A stretch of 64,000 nucleotides of DNA from positions 13,624 to 77,623 of the forward strand of contig DATABO010000065.1 in assembly GCA_036259535.1 (NCBI GenBank), given 5' to 3'. Source of the stretch: Thermoleophilaceae bacterium. Its GTDB lineage: Bacteria; Actinomycetota; Thermoleophilia; Solirubrobacterales; Thermoleophilaceae. Below the pieces are notes generated by a model. The model was not told the DNA's origin, ran no database searches, and saw only the letters and a program-made list of their open reading frames with translations. The position numbers and the translations under genes were made by a program. Of this stretch, positions 19,231 to 26,172 are shown piece after piece (position 1 is the stretch's first letter; every line of letters starts with the position of its first letter).

Positions 19231-20706
19231 ATGGCACGACCCAAGACAGGCAACGTCCGCACGACGGTCCGGACGGACGGCACTAGCTACTACTCGGCGC
19301 GGATCACCGTGGACGGCGATCGGGTGCCGTTGGAGCTCGGCGACGAGCGCGACGGTGTGACGAAGCTGATGGCCGAGGCCAAGCTCGACCGCATCCTCGA
19401 GCAGGTCCGGCTCGGGACGTGGGACGGCGAGGGCCGCAAGGGCGGCCCTCCCGGCCGCGAGCCGGAGCCGCTGATGGTCGGCGCGGCGGCGCGGTTCCTC
19501 GACTACAAGCGTGGCTGTCAGCTGCGCGACTCGACGATCGAGCGGATCACCTGGGCGCTTGACGGCCACCTCGTTCCGTTCTTCGGCAAGAAGCGGCCGA
19601 GCCAGATCACGCCGGAGCTGGTGGAGCGCTACGCGGCCCATGAGGTCGCCCAGCGCACACGGATCGCGGAGCTGCGCGAGGACGGGAAGTACCTGACCGG
19701 GCCGCGCGGCGGCGCGATGCGCGAGATGTCGAACGTGTCGATCAACCGGACGCTGACACTGCTCGCCGAGCTGCTGGAGTGGACGCGCGGCAAGGGCTGG
19801 GTCCGCGGCGCCAACGCGGCCGTGGGCTACCGGCTCAAGGAGGCGCAGCGGATCACCTTCGCCTTGGAGCCCGACGAGCTGGCCGACCTCCTGGCGGCCG
19901 TGGCGACGCCACGGCCGGCGCGTCGGCCGAGCGCTCGCACGGCCGCGCTGATGGAGACGTGCGTGCGGCTCCGCGACGAGGACTGCCTGGAGTGGAAGGC
20001 GATCGGGCGGCTGCTGGAGATCGCGCCCAGCACCGCCCACTACCACTACACGCGTGCGAAGTCGGCGGCCGAGCGAGTCGACGTCCGCCGCGCGGAGGTC
20101 GATCACATCTTCCTCTCGGTGCTGGCCGGCTCGGGCGCGCGAGTGACCGAGCTGTGCAAGCTCGACGTCGAGGACGTCGACCTCCCCCACTCCAAGTTCC
20201 TGATCGCTGACTCCAAGACGCCGACGGGCATCCGCGAGGTCAAACTGACCCCGGCGCTGGTCGAGCTGGTGCGGCGCTACTTCGCGTCGCGGCACGACCT
20301 CGCTCCGAACCAGCCGGCGTTCCCGACCTCCAGGGGCACGCGACGCACGAAGGACAGCGTGAACAAGCAGGTGCTTGCGCCTGCGATCGGGCTCGCGAAC
20401 GAGCTGCGCGCCGAGCGCGGCGAGCGCAAGCTGCCGCACGTGACGCCTCACGTCATGCGCCACACCTACATCACCCTCGCCTTCGAGGCCGGCTACTCGG
20501 TGCCGTATGTGATGCAGCAGGTCGGTCACCGTGAGCCCGGCACGACGATGAAGATCTACGCCAAGGTCTCCGCGCGGCGGGACCGCGAGGTCCACGACAC
20601 GGCGTTCGACCAGCTGCTCGTCGACGCGGCGCAGCCGCGCCCGGTCGAGCCGGAGGTCGAGATCGAGTCGATCGAGCCGATCGGGCGAGAGCTGGTAGCG
20701 GCGTAG
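19231..20706 (+). CDS. int: Tyrosine-type site-specific integrase (491 aa)
   Basis: Catalytic-domain motifs GARVTELCKL (Arg), HVMRHTYIT (H-x-x-R) and GHREPGTTMKIYAKV (His/Tyr). Adjacent to the tRNA junction. Confidence 0.95.
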   Translation: MARPKTGNVRTTVRTDGTSYYSARITVDGDRVPLELGDERDGVTKLMAEAKLDRILEQVRLGTWDGEGRKGGPPGREPEPLMVGAAARFLDYKRGCQLRDSTIERITWALDGHLVPFFGKKRPSQITPELVERYAAHEVAQRTRIAELREDGKYLTGPRGGAMREMSNVSINRTLTLLAELLEWTRGKGWVRGANAAVGYRLKEAQRITFALEPDELADLLAAVATPRPARRPSARTAALMETCVRLRDEDCLEWKAIGRLLEIAPSTAHYHYTRAKSAAERVDVRRAEVDHIFLSVLAGSGARVTELCKLDVEDVDLPHSKFLIADSKTPTGIREVKLTPALVELVRRYFASRHDLAPNQPAFPTSRGTRRTKDSVNKQVLAPAIGLANELRAERGERKLPHVTPHVMRHTYITLAFEAGYSVPYVMQQVGHREPGTTMKIYAKVSARRDREVHDTAFDQLLVDAAQPRPVEPEVEIESIEPIGRELVAA

Positions 20707-20739
20707 GTTCGTCCGACCGAACGCCTACGGTGCTGGGCC

Positions 20740-20970
20740 ATGCCTGATGCGGAGCTAGTGGCTGCGGTGATCGAGTCGTCGAAGCGGCTGATCGACTTGA
20801 GCCCTCACGGAGAGACGTCCGGCGCTGAGGTCGCGGCCGATCTCGGCCGGTCAGTCGAGGACGACGGGCTTGTGCACGCCTTCAACGAGGCCGAGCGCCG
20901 GGGCGACCTCAAGATCTTCTACGCGGGCGGCGGCGAGCTGCCGGAGTCCGTGTCCTTGCCGGGCTTCTAA
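20740..20970 (+). CDS. Hypothetical protein (76 aa)
   Basis: ATG start, good third-position GC and no recognisable family. Confidence 0.45.
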   Translation: MPDAELVAAVIESSKRLIDLSPHGETSGAEVAADLGRSVEDDGLVHAFNEAERRGDLKIFYAGGGELPESVSLPGF

Positions 20971-21290
20971 GCAGCCAGCGCCTCGCGCGGCACCGCATAG
21001 AACTCGGCACCGGTGTCGACGACCTGGCCGTAGCGGCGTCCGAGGCTGCGCGAGCGGATCGGGTCGGTCTGTCCGAGATAGCCGCCCGGGCTGCGATCCA
21101 GCGGGCAGCGGCGTCTGGGTCGACCGCGCTGTCGACACGGGAGCGCAGCAGCGCGACCATGCCCGGCTCGGTCGGGATCATGCTTGACGGGTCGACGGCT
21201 CTCAACGCGACTGCGATCTCGTCGTCAGAGGTCACGCAGAGAGCGTAGGCGGCGTGCCGGTCGTTGAGCTGAGCTGCGGACCGGGAGCCA
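20967..21290 (-). pseudogene. Decayed/frameshifted gene remnant
   Basis: Coding-like codon bias runs in one frame (..CVTSDDEIAVALRAVDPSSMIPTEPGMVALLRSRVDSAVDPDAAARW). Near 21090-21110 it switches to another frame (LDRSPGGYLGQTDPIRSRSLGRRYGQVVDTGAEFYAVPREALAA-stop at 20967). No clean start. Confidence 0.25.
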
Positions 21291-21317
21291 TCCTGACGGC
21301 GCGCGACACTCCTGGGG

Positions 21318-22634
21318 ATGGATCGGATCCCGACTGACTCGTTCTGCGAGGTCGCCCAGGTCGATCTCAGCACGGGCGAGCGACGATCCCTGCTTGCTGG
21401 CGACGAGCCCTTCGACGAGGACGCTGGCGGGATAGCTCGGATCGTCGTTCCTGGTGGCATCACGGTTCACGCCCTTGAGGTCTCCGCGTTCGAGGACTCG
21501 ATGGCCGTGTTGTTGATCCCGACGGCCGACGTCGACGGCGATGAGCTGTTCAAGGTGCGCCTCGACTTCTACACGGGCAGGCGTCCCGTGGTGACCATTG
21601 CGGCACGCGAGCCGTTGCCGCGTGCGGTTGTCGAGTTCGTGGCAGGGCGCATCGCTGTGTTGCTACTCGAGACGCCGCTCGACGAGAGCTCGCGATACCC
21701 CGACTTGGCCTTCAAAGCTGAGGGCATCGGAATCAAGATGCTCAGGAGCCGGATTCGCCGTGTCGAGCAGTCGGTGCGCGATGCCTTGGCTGACGAGCAG
21801 TTGACGACGGCCGACTACCGAGCGCTTCGGGAGTACCCCGCACGGCTGGCGCGAGTGGAGCACCTAGCCGCTGAGATGGCCGACTCCGAGCCTGAGATGC
21901 ACTCGTTCGAGCCAGTGTCCCAGTCCGGGTTCCCGACTCCCGTCGGTCCAGTTGGGCACGTGAGCTTCTACGGCAAGTGGGTCAACGACGCAGCCGCCGA
22001 TGCGCGCGACGCGGTGACCCGGATGTCGGGATTGCTGTCCAGTCAGCAGATCGTGTTGACGCAGAAGCAGGCGGAGGACGCGGCGCGCTTCCAGCGTCTC
22101 GTGACGATCGTCGGCGCGGCCGTGCTGGTGCCCGGTCTTGTAGCAGCGATCTTCGGAGCCAACGTGGGATTCCGCGGCCGGGACAGCGCCGAGGCGTTCT
22201 GGGCGATGATCGTGCTGATGATCGGGAGCGGCGTCGCGTCCTACGCGGTGATCCGCTCCTTTGAGCTCCCCGTGTGGGGGCGTTTGGCCGAACACGGCCC
22301 GCTGGCGAGCCTGTCGCGATGGTCAGGCGAACGGCGGCTGGCTGTGCTGGGAGTCGTGGCGCTGGCACTCATCGCGGTGGGCTTCGGCATGTTGGCCATC
22401 AGTGACAACGACTCGCAGGTGCGCCGGCCACAGTCGCAGGCTCCTTCTAGTGAGCGCGACACGAGGAACGCTGATCTACAAGGGGCGGCCGATGGTCCCC
22501 GGCCAGCTCTAGTTCCAGGTGAGTCCCAGCTCGATGCGCCGCTGGACGACCTGCTCGGTGGGCACCTTGAAGATGAGGGCGAGCGCTCGCGCGGTCATGC
22601 CGGCGTGCCCGACGAACAGGTGGACCGGAAGTAG
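21318..22634 (+). CDS. CorA-like membrane protein with degenerate signature (GANV instead of GMN)
   Basis: 438 aa with a soluble N-domain and long helices. TM1 is LVTIVGAAVLVPGLVAAIFGANVGF and TM2 is AFWAMIVLMIGSGVASYAVI. There is an extra TM, LAVLGVVALALIAVGFGMLAI. The last 126 nt overlap a convergent gene. Confidence 0.72.
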   Translation: MDRIPTDSFCEVAQVDLSTGERRSLLAGDEPFDEDAGGIARIVVPGGITVHALEVSAFEDSMAVLLIPTADVDGDELFKVRLDFYTGRRPVVTIAAREPLPRAVVEFVAGRIAVLLLETPLDESSRYPDLAFKAEGIGIKMLRSRIRRVEQSVRDALADEQLTTADYRALREYPARLARVEHLAAEMADSEPEMHSFEPVSQSGFPTPVGPVGHVSFYGKWVNDAAADARDAVTRMSGLLSSQQIVLTQKQAEDAARFQRLVTIVGAAVLVPGLVAAIFGANVGFRGRDSAEAFWAMIVLMIGSGVASYAVIRSFELPVWGRLAEHGPLASLSRWSGERRLAVLGVVALALIAVGFGMLAISDNDSQVRRPQSQAPSSERDTRNADLQGAADGPRPALVPGESQLDAPLDDLLGGHLEDEGERSRGHAGVPDEQVDRK

Positions 22635-22841
22635 GACGTCGCGGGCGAACTCGGCTGCGTGGTCGGGGGTGTACGGGCCGGGCTCGTCGCCTGTCTCGAT
22701 CAGGCAGGCGAACGTGGCGAGCGCCATCGCCCAGCGGCGGTCTGGATGGTCGGGCGCAAGCGCGGCGAGGTCGGGGTCGAGCTTGATCCTCGGCCCCTGG
22801 GCGAAAGCGACGAGCTGGCCATTGTGGAGGATCGCCTTCAC
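22509..22841 (-). CDS. Hypothetical protein resembling the C-terminal part of ImmA/IrrE-type proteins, no HExxH (110 aa)
   Basis: DHAAEFARDVLLPVHLF...ARALALIFKVPTEQVVQRRIELGL resembles the FAAELLMP...RLxxLGL end of ImmA/IrrE proteins. No HExxH is visible. GTG at 22841. High third-position GC. Confidence 0.5.
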   Translation of the reverse strand: MKAILHNGQLVAFAQGPRIKLDPDLAALAPDHPDRRWAMALATFACLIETGDEPGPYTPDHAAEFARDVLLPVHLFVGHAGMTARALALIFKVPTEQVVQRRIELGLTWN

Positions 22842-22850
22842 GGGACTGCC

Positions 22851-22877
22851 AGGGGCAGGGTCCTCAGCCCTGCCCCT
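22851..22877. repeat. Perfect 10-bp inverted repeat (hairpin) between two co-oriented genes
   Basis: AGGGGCAGGG-tcctcag-CCCTGCCCCT lies between the stop at 22900 and the GTG at 22841. No U-tract follows. Confidence 0.5.
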
Positions 22878-22899
22878 GCTCGGATCGAAGGCACCGTTC

Positions 22900-23238
22900 T
22901 CATGTGGCGTCGCGCAGATGCTCCAGGTCGGAGAGCAGATCGCCGAGGCGGTCGAGGCCGTGCATGACCAGCGCACGCGCCGACTCGGGAGAGTTGAGCG
23001 CGGCCATGATCGCGCGGATGCCATCTGCGATCCGGCCGTGGGTGTAGACGCCGCCGAACTCGAAGGCGAGACACTCGATGCACCGCTCGCCGATGAACTC
23101 GCGTTTGCTGACGGGGATGCCGCAGCCGTCGCACTTCGTGACCTCCTTCTCCTTCTCGTCGCCCTCGCGGAAATGGGCCTCCTGCTCGAGGCGGCGGGCG
23201 ATCCACTCCTTGTAGTCGGGTCGATCCTGTAGTGGCAC
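22900..23238 (-). CDS. Zinc-ribbon protein (112 aa), unknown function
   Basis: CDGCGIPVSKREFIGERCIECL (CxxC..CxxC). The GTG at 23238 is preceded by GAAGGGAGA. The track ORF to 23361 is over-extended. Confidence 0.65.
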   Translation of the reverse strand: MPLQDRPDYKEWIARRLEQEAHFREGDEKEKEVTKCDGCGIPVSKREFIGERCIECLAFEFGGVYTHGRIADGIRAIMAALNSPESARALVMHGLDRLGDLLSDLEHLRDAT

Positions 23239-23439
23239 GTGTCTCCCTTCGGGTAGAGACACCCGGGGTCCGTGCTCACGTGGCAGGCGATAACTTCCGT
23301 GCCGCGTCCGAGCTTCGGGTCGGGCGCCACGCCCCCGGCCGTTCGCGCGGTGCGGGGGCACTTACTTATTCGGTTGTCGCGGGCGATGCTACGACGCGAA
23401 TCGCCTGCTGTGGGCGATTTCGGCGAATCGTTACGTTCG

Positions 23440-23955
23440 TTACCGAGCGGGGTCGACCAGGCGCTCGATGGTGAGCATTGGGACCATCAGCTTGCGACGG
23501 TCAACGTCGAGCGCGTCGAAGCCGAAGTGGCTGTAGAAGTCGGCAGCGTTGGCGTCGATCGCGCTGACGGCCAGGCCGCGGATGCCGATGTGCTGGTTGG
23601 CGCGCAGGACGCGCTCAAGCGCGTGCGCCAGCAGCTTGGCGCCGATCTTGCGGCCCTGGTGCTGGCGATCGACGGCGAGACGGGTGAGCAGGCACGCCGG
23701 GATCGGGAAGTGCGGCGATGTGCCGCTCCTGAGCGCGGCCGTCGCCTCGGCCTGTCTGATCTCGCTGGCGACGAGCGAGTAGTACCCGACGACAACGTCG
23801 CGGTCGTCTACCGCGAGGTAGGTGCGTGCGGTGTCACGACGCTCGTTCTGGCCTGCGTATTGGATGAGCCATCGGTCAAGCGCTGGCTGCCCGCTGTCGA
23901 AGCCGCGGACGGTGTAGCGCTTGTCGTAGGGCTCAATCCGCTCAGGCGCGCTCAA
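23440..23955 (-). CDS. GNAT-family acetyltransferase toxin (TacT/AtaT-like)
   Basis: 171 aa. FDSGQPALDRWLIQYAGQNERRDTARTYLAV...RLAVDRQHQGRKIGAKLL is typical of GNAT toxins paired with DUF1778. TTG start overlaps the antitoxin by 14 nt. Confidence 0.85.
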   Translation of the reverse strand: MSAPERIEPYDKRYTVRGFDSGQPALDRWLIQYAGQNERRDTARTYLAVDDRDVVVGYYSLVASEIRQAEATAALRSGTSPHFPIPACLLTRLAVDRQHQGRKIGAKLLAHALERVLRANQHIGIRGLAVSAIDANAADFYSHFGFDALDVDRRKLMVPMLTIERLVDPAR

Positions 23956-24238
23956 GGCTCTGCCTGCCGGCGCTCGCCATCAGGCGGCGCAGGCCGTCCT
24001 CGTAGCGCTCGGGATGGTCGAGCGCATCGAGAACCCGCTCGGCGTGGTCGTCGTCGACGACGATCTCCTGCGGCTCGCCAGGCTCGTCGCTCGTGTTGGA
24101 GACGAGCAGCTCGAGCGCGGTGTCGAGCTCGGCCTCGGGGAGGTCGTCAATGACGCGATGTAGCTTCTCGCGGGTCGTCACGGTGTCCCCCAGTCTATCT
24201 GCTGTGGCCGCCATCGGCGACTCTTTCACAATGGGCAT
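23942..24238 (-). CDS. DUF1778-like antitoxin (98 aa) with atypical acidic N-terminal half
   Basis: The C-terminus VVDDDHAERVLDALDHPERYEDGLRRLMA resembles the DUF1778/TacA C-terminus. ATG preceded by AAAGGAGA. Directly upstream of the GNAT toxin. Confidence 0.7.
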   Translation of the reverse strand: MPIVKESPMAATADRLGDTVTTREKLHRVIDDLPEAELDTALELLVSNTSDEPGEPQEIVVDDDHAERVLDALDHPERYEDGLRRLMASAGRQSLERA

Positions 24239-24250
24239 GTCGTTCTCCTT

Positions 24251-24508
24251 TCAGTCGGTCCAGCGGCAGCCGGGGAGCATCGGCACGCAGCCGATCTGCG
24301 CGGCCTTGGCGATGTAGTCGGCGACCACGGCGTCCACCTCGGCCTGGGTGTCGAGCTGCGGCTCGATGACCATGCCGCCGGTCCCGTCGCTGGCGATGTC
24401 GCTGAGATGGGTGCCGTCGGCGGTGCGCGCGGCGACGATGATGCGGGCGCCGTCCTCGTACTCGGTGATCGCCTGGCACTGGCCGTTGGGCTGCTGGGTG
24501 GTGGTCAT
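24251..24508 (-). CDS. Hypothetical protein (85 aa)
   Basis: MTTTQQPNGQCQAITEYEDGARIIVAARTADG... ATG at 24508 is preceded by ACGGAGGA. The track ORF to 25360 is a multi-gene read-through artefact. Confidence 0.6.
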   Translation of the reverse strand: MTTTQQPNGQCQAITEYEDGARIIVAARTADGTHLSDIASDGTGGMVIEPQLDTQAEVDAVVADYIAKAAQIGCVPMLPGCRWTD

Positions 24509-24753
24509 CGGCTTGTCCTCCGTGTTGGTCGCTTGACGGGTAGGCGCAACACGGCCGCTTGAGGCGCAAGGGCGGAACCCGAAGCCCGTAGGGCGAGGGC
24601 GCGTCAGCGAGGCCGGCCCCGGCAGGGGGCGCCCGCAGGGCGACACGAAGTGCCGGCCTTGAAGCCCGGCGCCGCGGCCGTAAAGTGCCGACCGGCAAGC
24701 GACCGGCGGCGGAGGTCTCGATCGCGACCCCCGCCCCGGATCGTCAGGTGCGG

Positions 24754-25218
24754 CTAGGGCGTTTGCCTGGCGGCGATGGCCGACCGGACCTCCCTCAGCG
24801 GCTTCGGCTCGAAGTAGAGATCGCGCTCGGGCGGAAGTCCCATCGCGCGCACTCCTGCGAACTCGTCGAGGGATTGGTCGCCGAACTCGTCGCAGTCGGG
24901 GCCGAGGGCGGACAGGCAGAAGCCGGTCATGACCGGCATGTCGTCGTACTCGGTGATGGCGACGACGTAGTAGGTCCATCGTCCGGCCGGCACGAACAGC
25001 TTGACCTTGCAGACCATCTCGTCGTCGCCGTCGGGCAACTCGCGGTAGGTCGGCAGCTCGTCGGCGGTGAGGATGTAGTCGTAGGCCGGTCCCTGGAACT
25101 CGGGGAGCAGGCTGTTGAGGCGCCAGCGGATCGTCGGTACGCGCTCGCGCAGTCCGGGGCCTACACCGCCGGGGAGCTTGGCCAGCTCGTCGCCGGTGAT
25201 GAGTGTCGGATTGGACAT
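24754..25218 (-). CDS. DUF2958-domain protein (154 aa)
   Basis: KVKLFVPAGRWTYYVVAITEYDDMPVMTGFCLS...ERDLYFEPKPL matches the DUF2958 pattern common on plasmids and ICEs. ATG at 25218 with a GGAG SD. Confidence 0.75.
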   Translation of the reverse strand: MSNPTLITGDELAKLPGGVGPGLRERVPTIRWRLNSLLPEFQGPAYDYILTADELPTYRELPDGDDEMVCKVKLFVPAGRWTYYVVAITEYDDMPVMTGFCLSALGPDCDEFGDQSLDEFAGVRAMGLPPERDLYFEPKPLREVRSAIAARQTP

Positions 25219-25308
25219 GGGTTCTCCAATGGGTCGTGGCTCGCCGGATGCGGGCCGATCCCCTTCCGCCTGCACGCGCAGCGTGCGACTCTGGAAGGGG
25301 TCGGGCCG

Positions 25309-25524
25309 TCAGCCGGCGGCGTCGGTCTTCTCGCGCGCGACGAGGACGCTCAACGCCCATGAGGCGGTCTTGGCCTTCGAGGGGGCGTCGTCGCCGAGGT
25401 AGCTGATGAGCGATTGGCCGACCTCCGGCACGGTGAGCGCGTCGGCCGAGACCTGGCGCGCGAGGACGAGACCGTCGGCGCAGACGGCGACCATGTAGAA
25501 GGCGTCTTGTCCCTGGTCGTCCAT
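25309..25524 (-). CDS. Hypothetical protein (71 aa)
   Basis: ATG start 7 nt after the upstream stop. Strong third-position GC bias. No family recognised. Confidence 0.5.
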   Translation of the reverse strand: MDDQGQDAFYMVAVCADGLVLARQVSADALTVPEVGQSLISYLGDDAPSKAKTASWALSVLVAREKTDAAG

Positions 25525-25531
25525 GCCAGCA

Positions 25532-26038
25532 TCAGTCGTCGGGGAGTTCCACCTCGAAGCCGCAGACGCAAAGCTCGGCGGCGAGTGGCCGCAGCCGGCG
25601 GTAGTTCGGCGGGCGGTTGGCAGACCCGGGCTCGTACCAGCGTCCGAGCTGCGGCGACCAGCGAAAGCCGTAGTGCTCCGCCGCGCCGTCCCCGGCAGTC
25701 GTTCCGTCGAGCGTGGTGCCGGCCTCGCGGGAGTGGAGAACCGTCAGTAGCGGGCGGGTCTCCGACGACCAGGCGGCGGTCGATCCGTGGCCGTCGAGCT
25801 CGTCGGATCGAGGCGTGGCCGCGCCGCCACGCTTGGTCGCCATGTCGGCGGCGATCTCTCGACGCTCCCGCGCGATGTCGGTGTCAGGCGTGCGCTGGCG
25901 GTCTAGCAAGCGCCGGATCTGAGCTCCCGCGTCGGCCGCGGTGCGCGGCGTCGGGAAGGACTCGCCGCGCTCCATCGCAAGGTTGCGGAGCAACCGCTCC
26001 TGGGCCTGGGAGGGCTTGGTGTGTCGGGAATTGGGCAT
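25532..26038 (-). CDS. Hypothetical protein (168 aa); N-terminus resembles the DUF3072-type motif
   Basis: PSQAQERLLRNLAMERGESF...AGAQIRRLL fits the pattern xQxxxLxxLxxExGExF...IxxL. The resemblance is by eye only. Confidence 0.55.
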   Translation of the reverse strand: MPNSRHTKPSQAQERLLRNLAMERGESFPTPRTAADAGAQIRRLLDRQRTPDTDIARERREIAADMATKRGGAATPRSDELDGHGSTAAWSSETRPLLTVLHSREAGTTLDGTTAGDGAAEHYGFRWSPQLGRWYEPGSANRPPNYRRLRPLAAELCVCGFEVELPDD

Positions 26039-26172
26039 GGCCCGCCATCAGCAGCGCCGCGCCAGCGGTCTGCTAGGCGTGAAGGCCAGGGCCAATTTCC
26101 GGCACCTGCCCGCAGGGGCGCCCCGTCCTGGGGAGGACTGGACGAAGCGGCCCCGCGAGGCAGTCGGTGCGG

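Noticed and set aside
19018-20595. 525-aa minus-strand ORF across the integrase region.
   Set aside because: It is antisense to a well-supported tyrosine integrase and has a low-complexity Arg/Leu/Ala composition.
20967-21290. RES-Xre (DUF2384) type toxin-antitoxin module.
   Set aside because: Only a vague C-terminal resemblance exists. The gene is frameshifted and no RES-domain ORF lies next to it.
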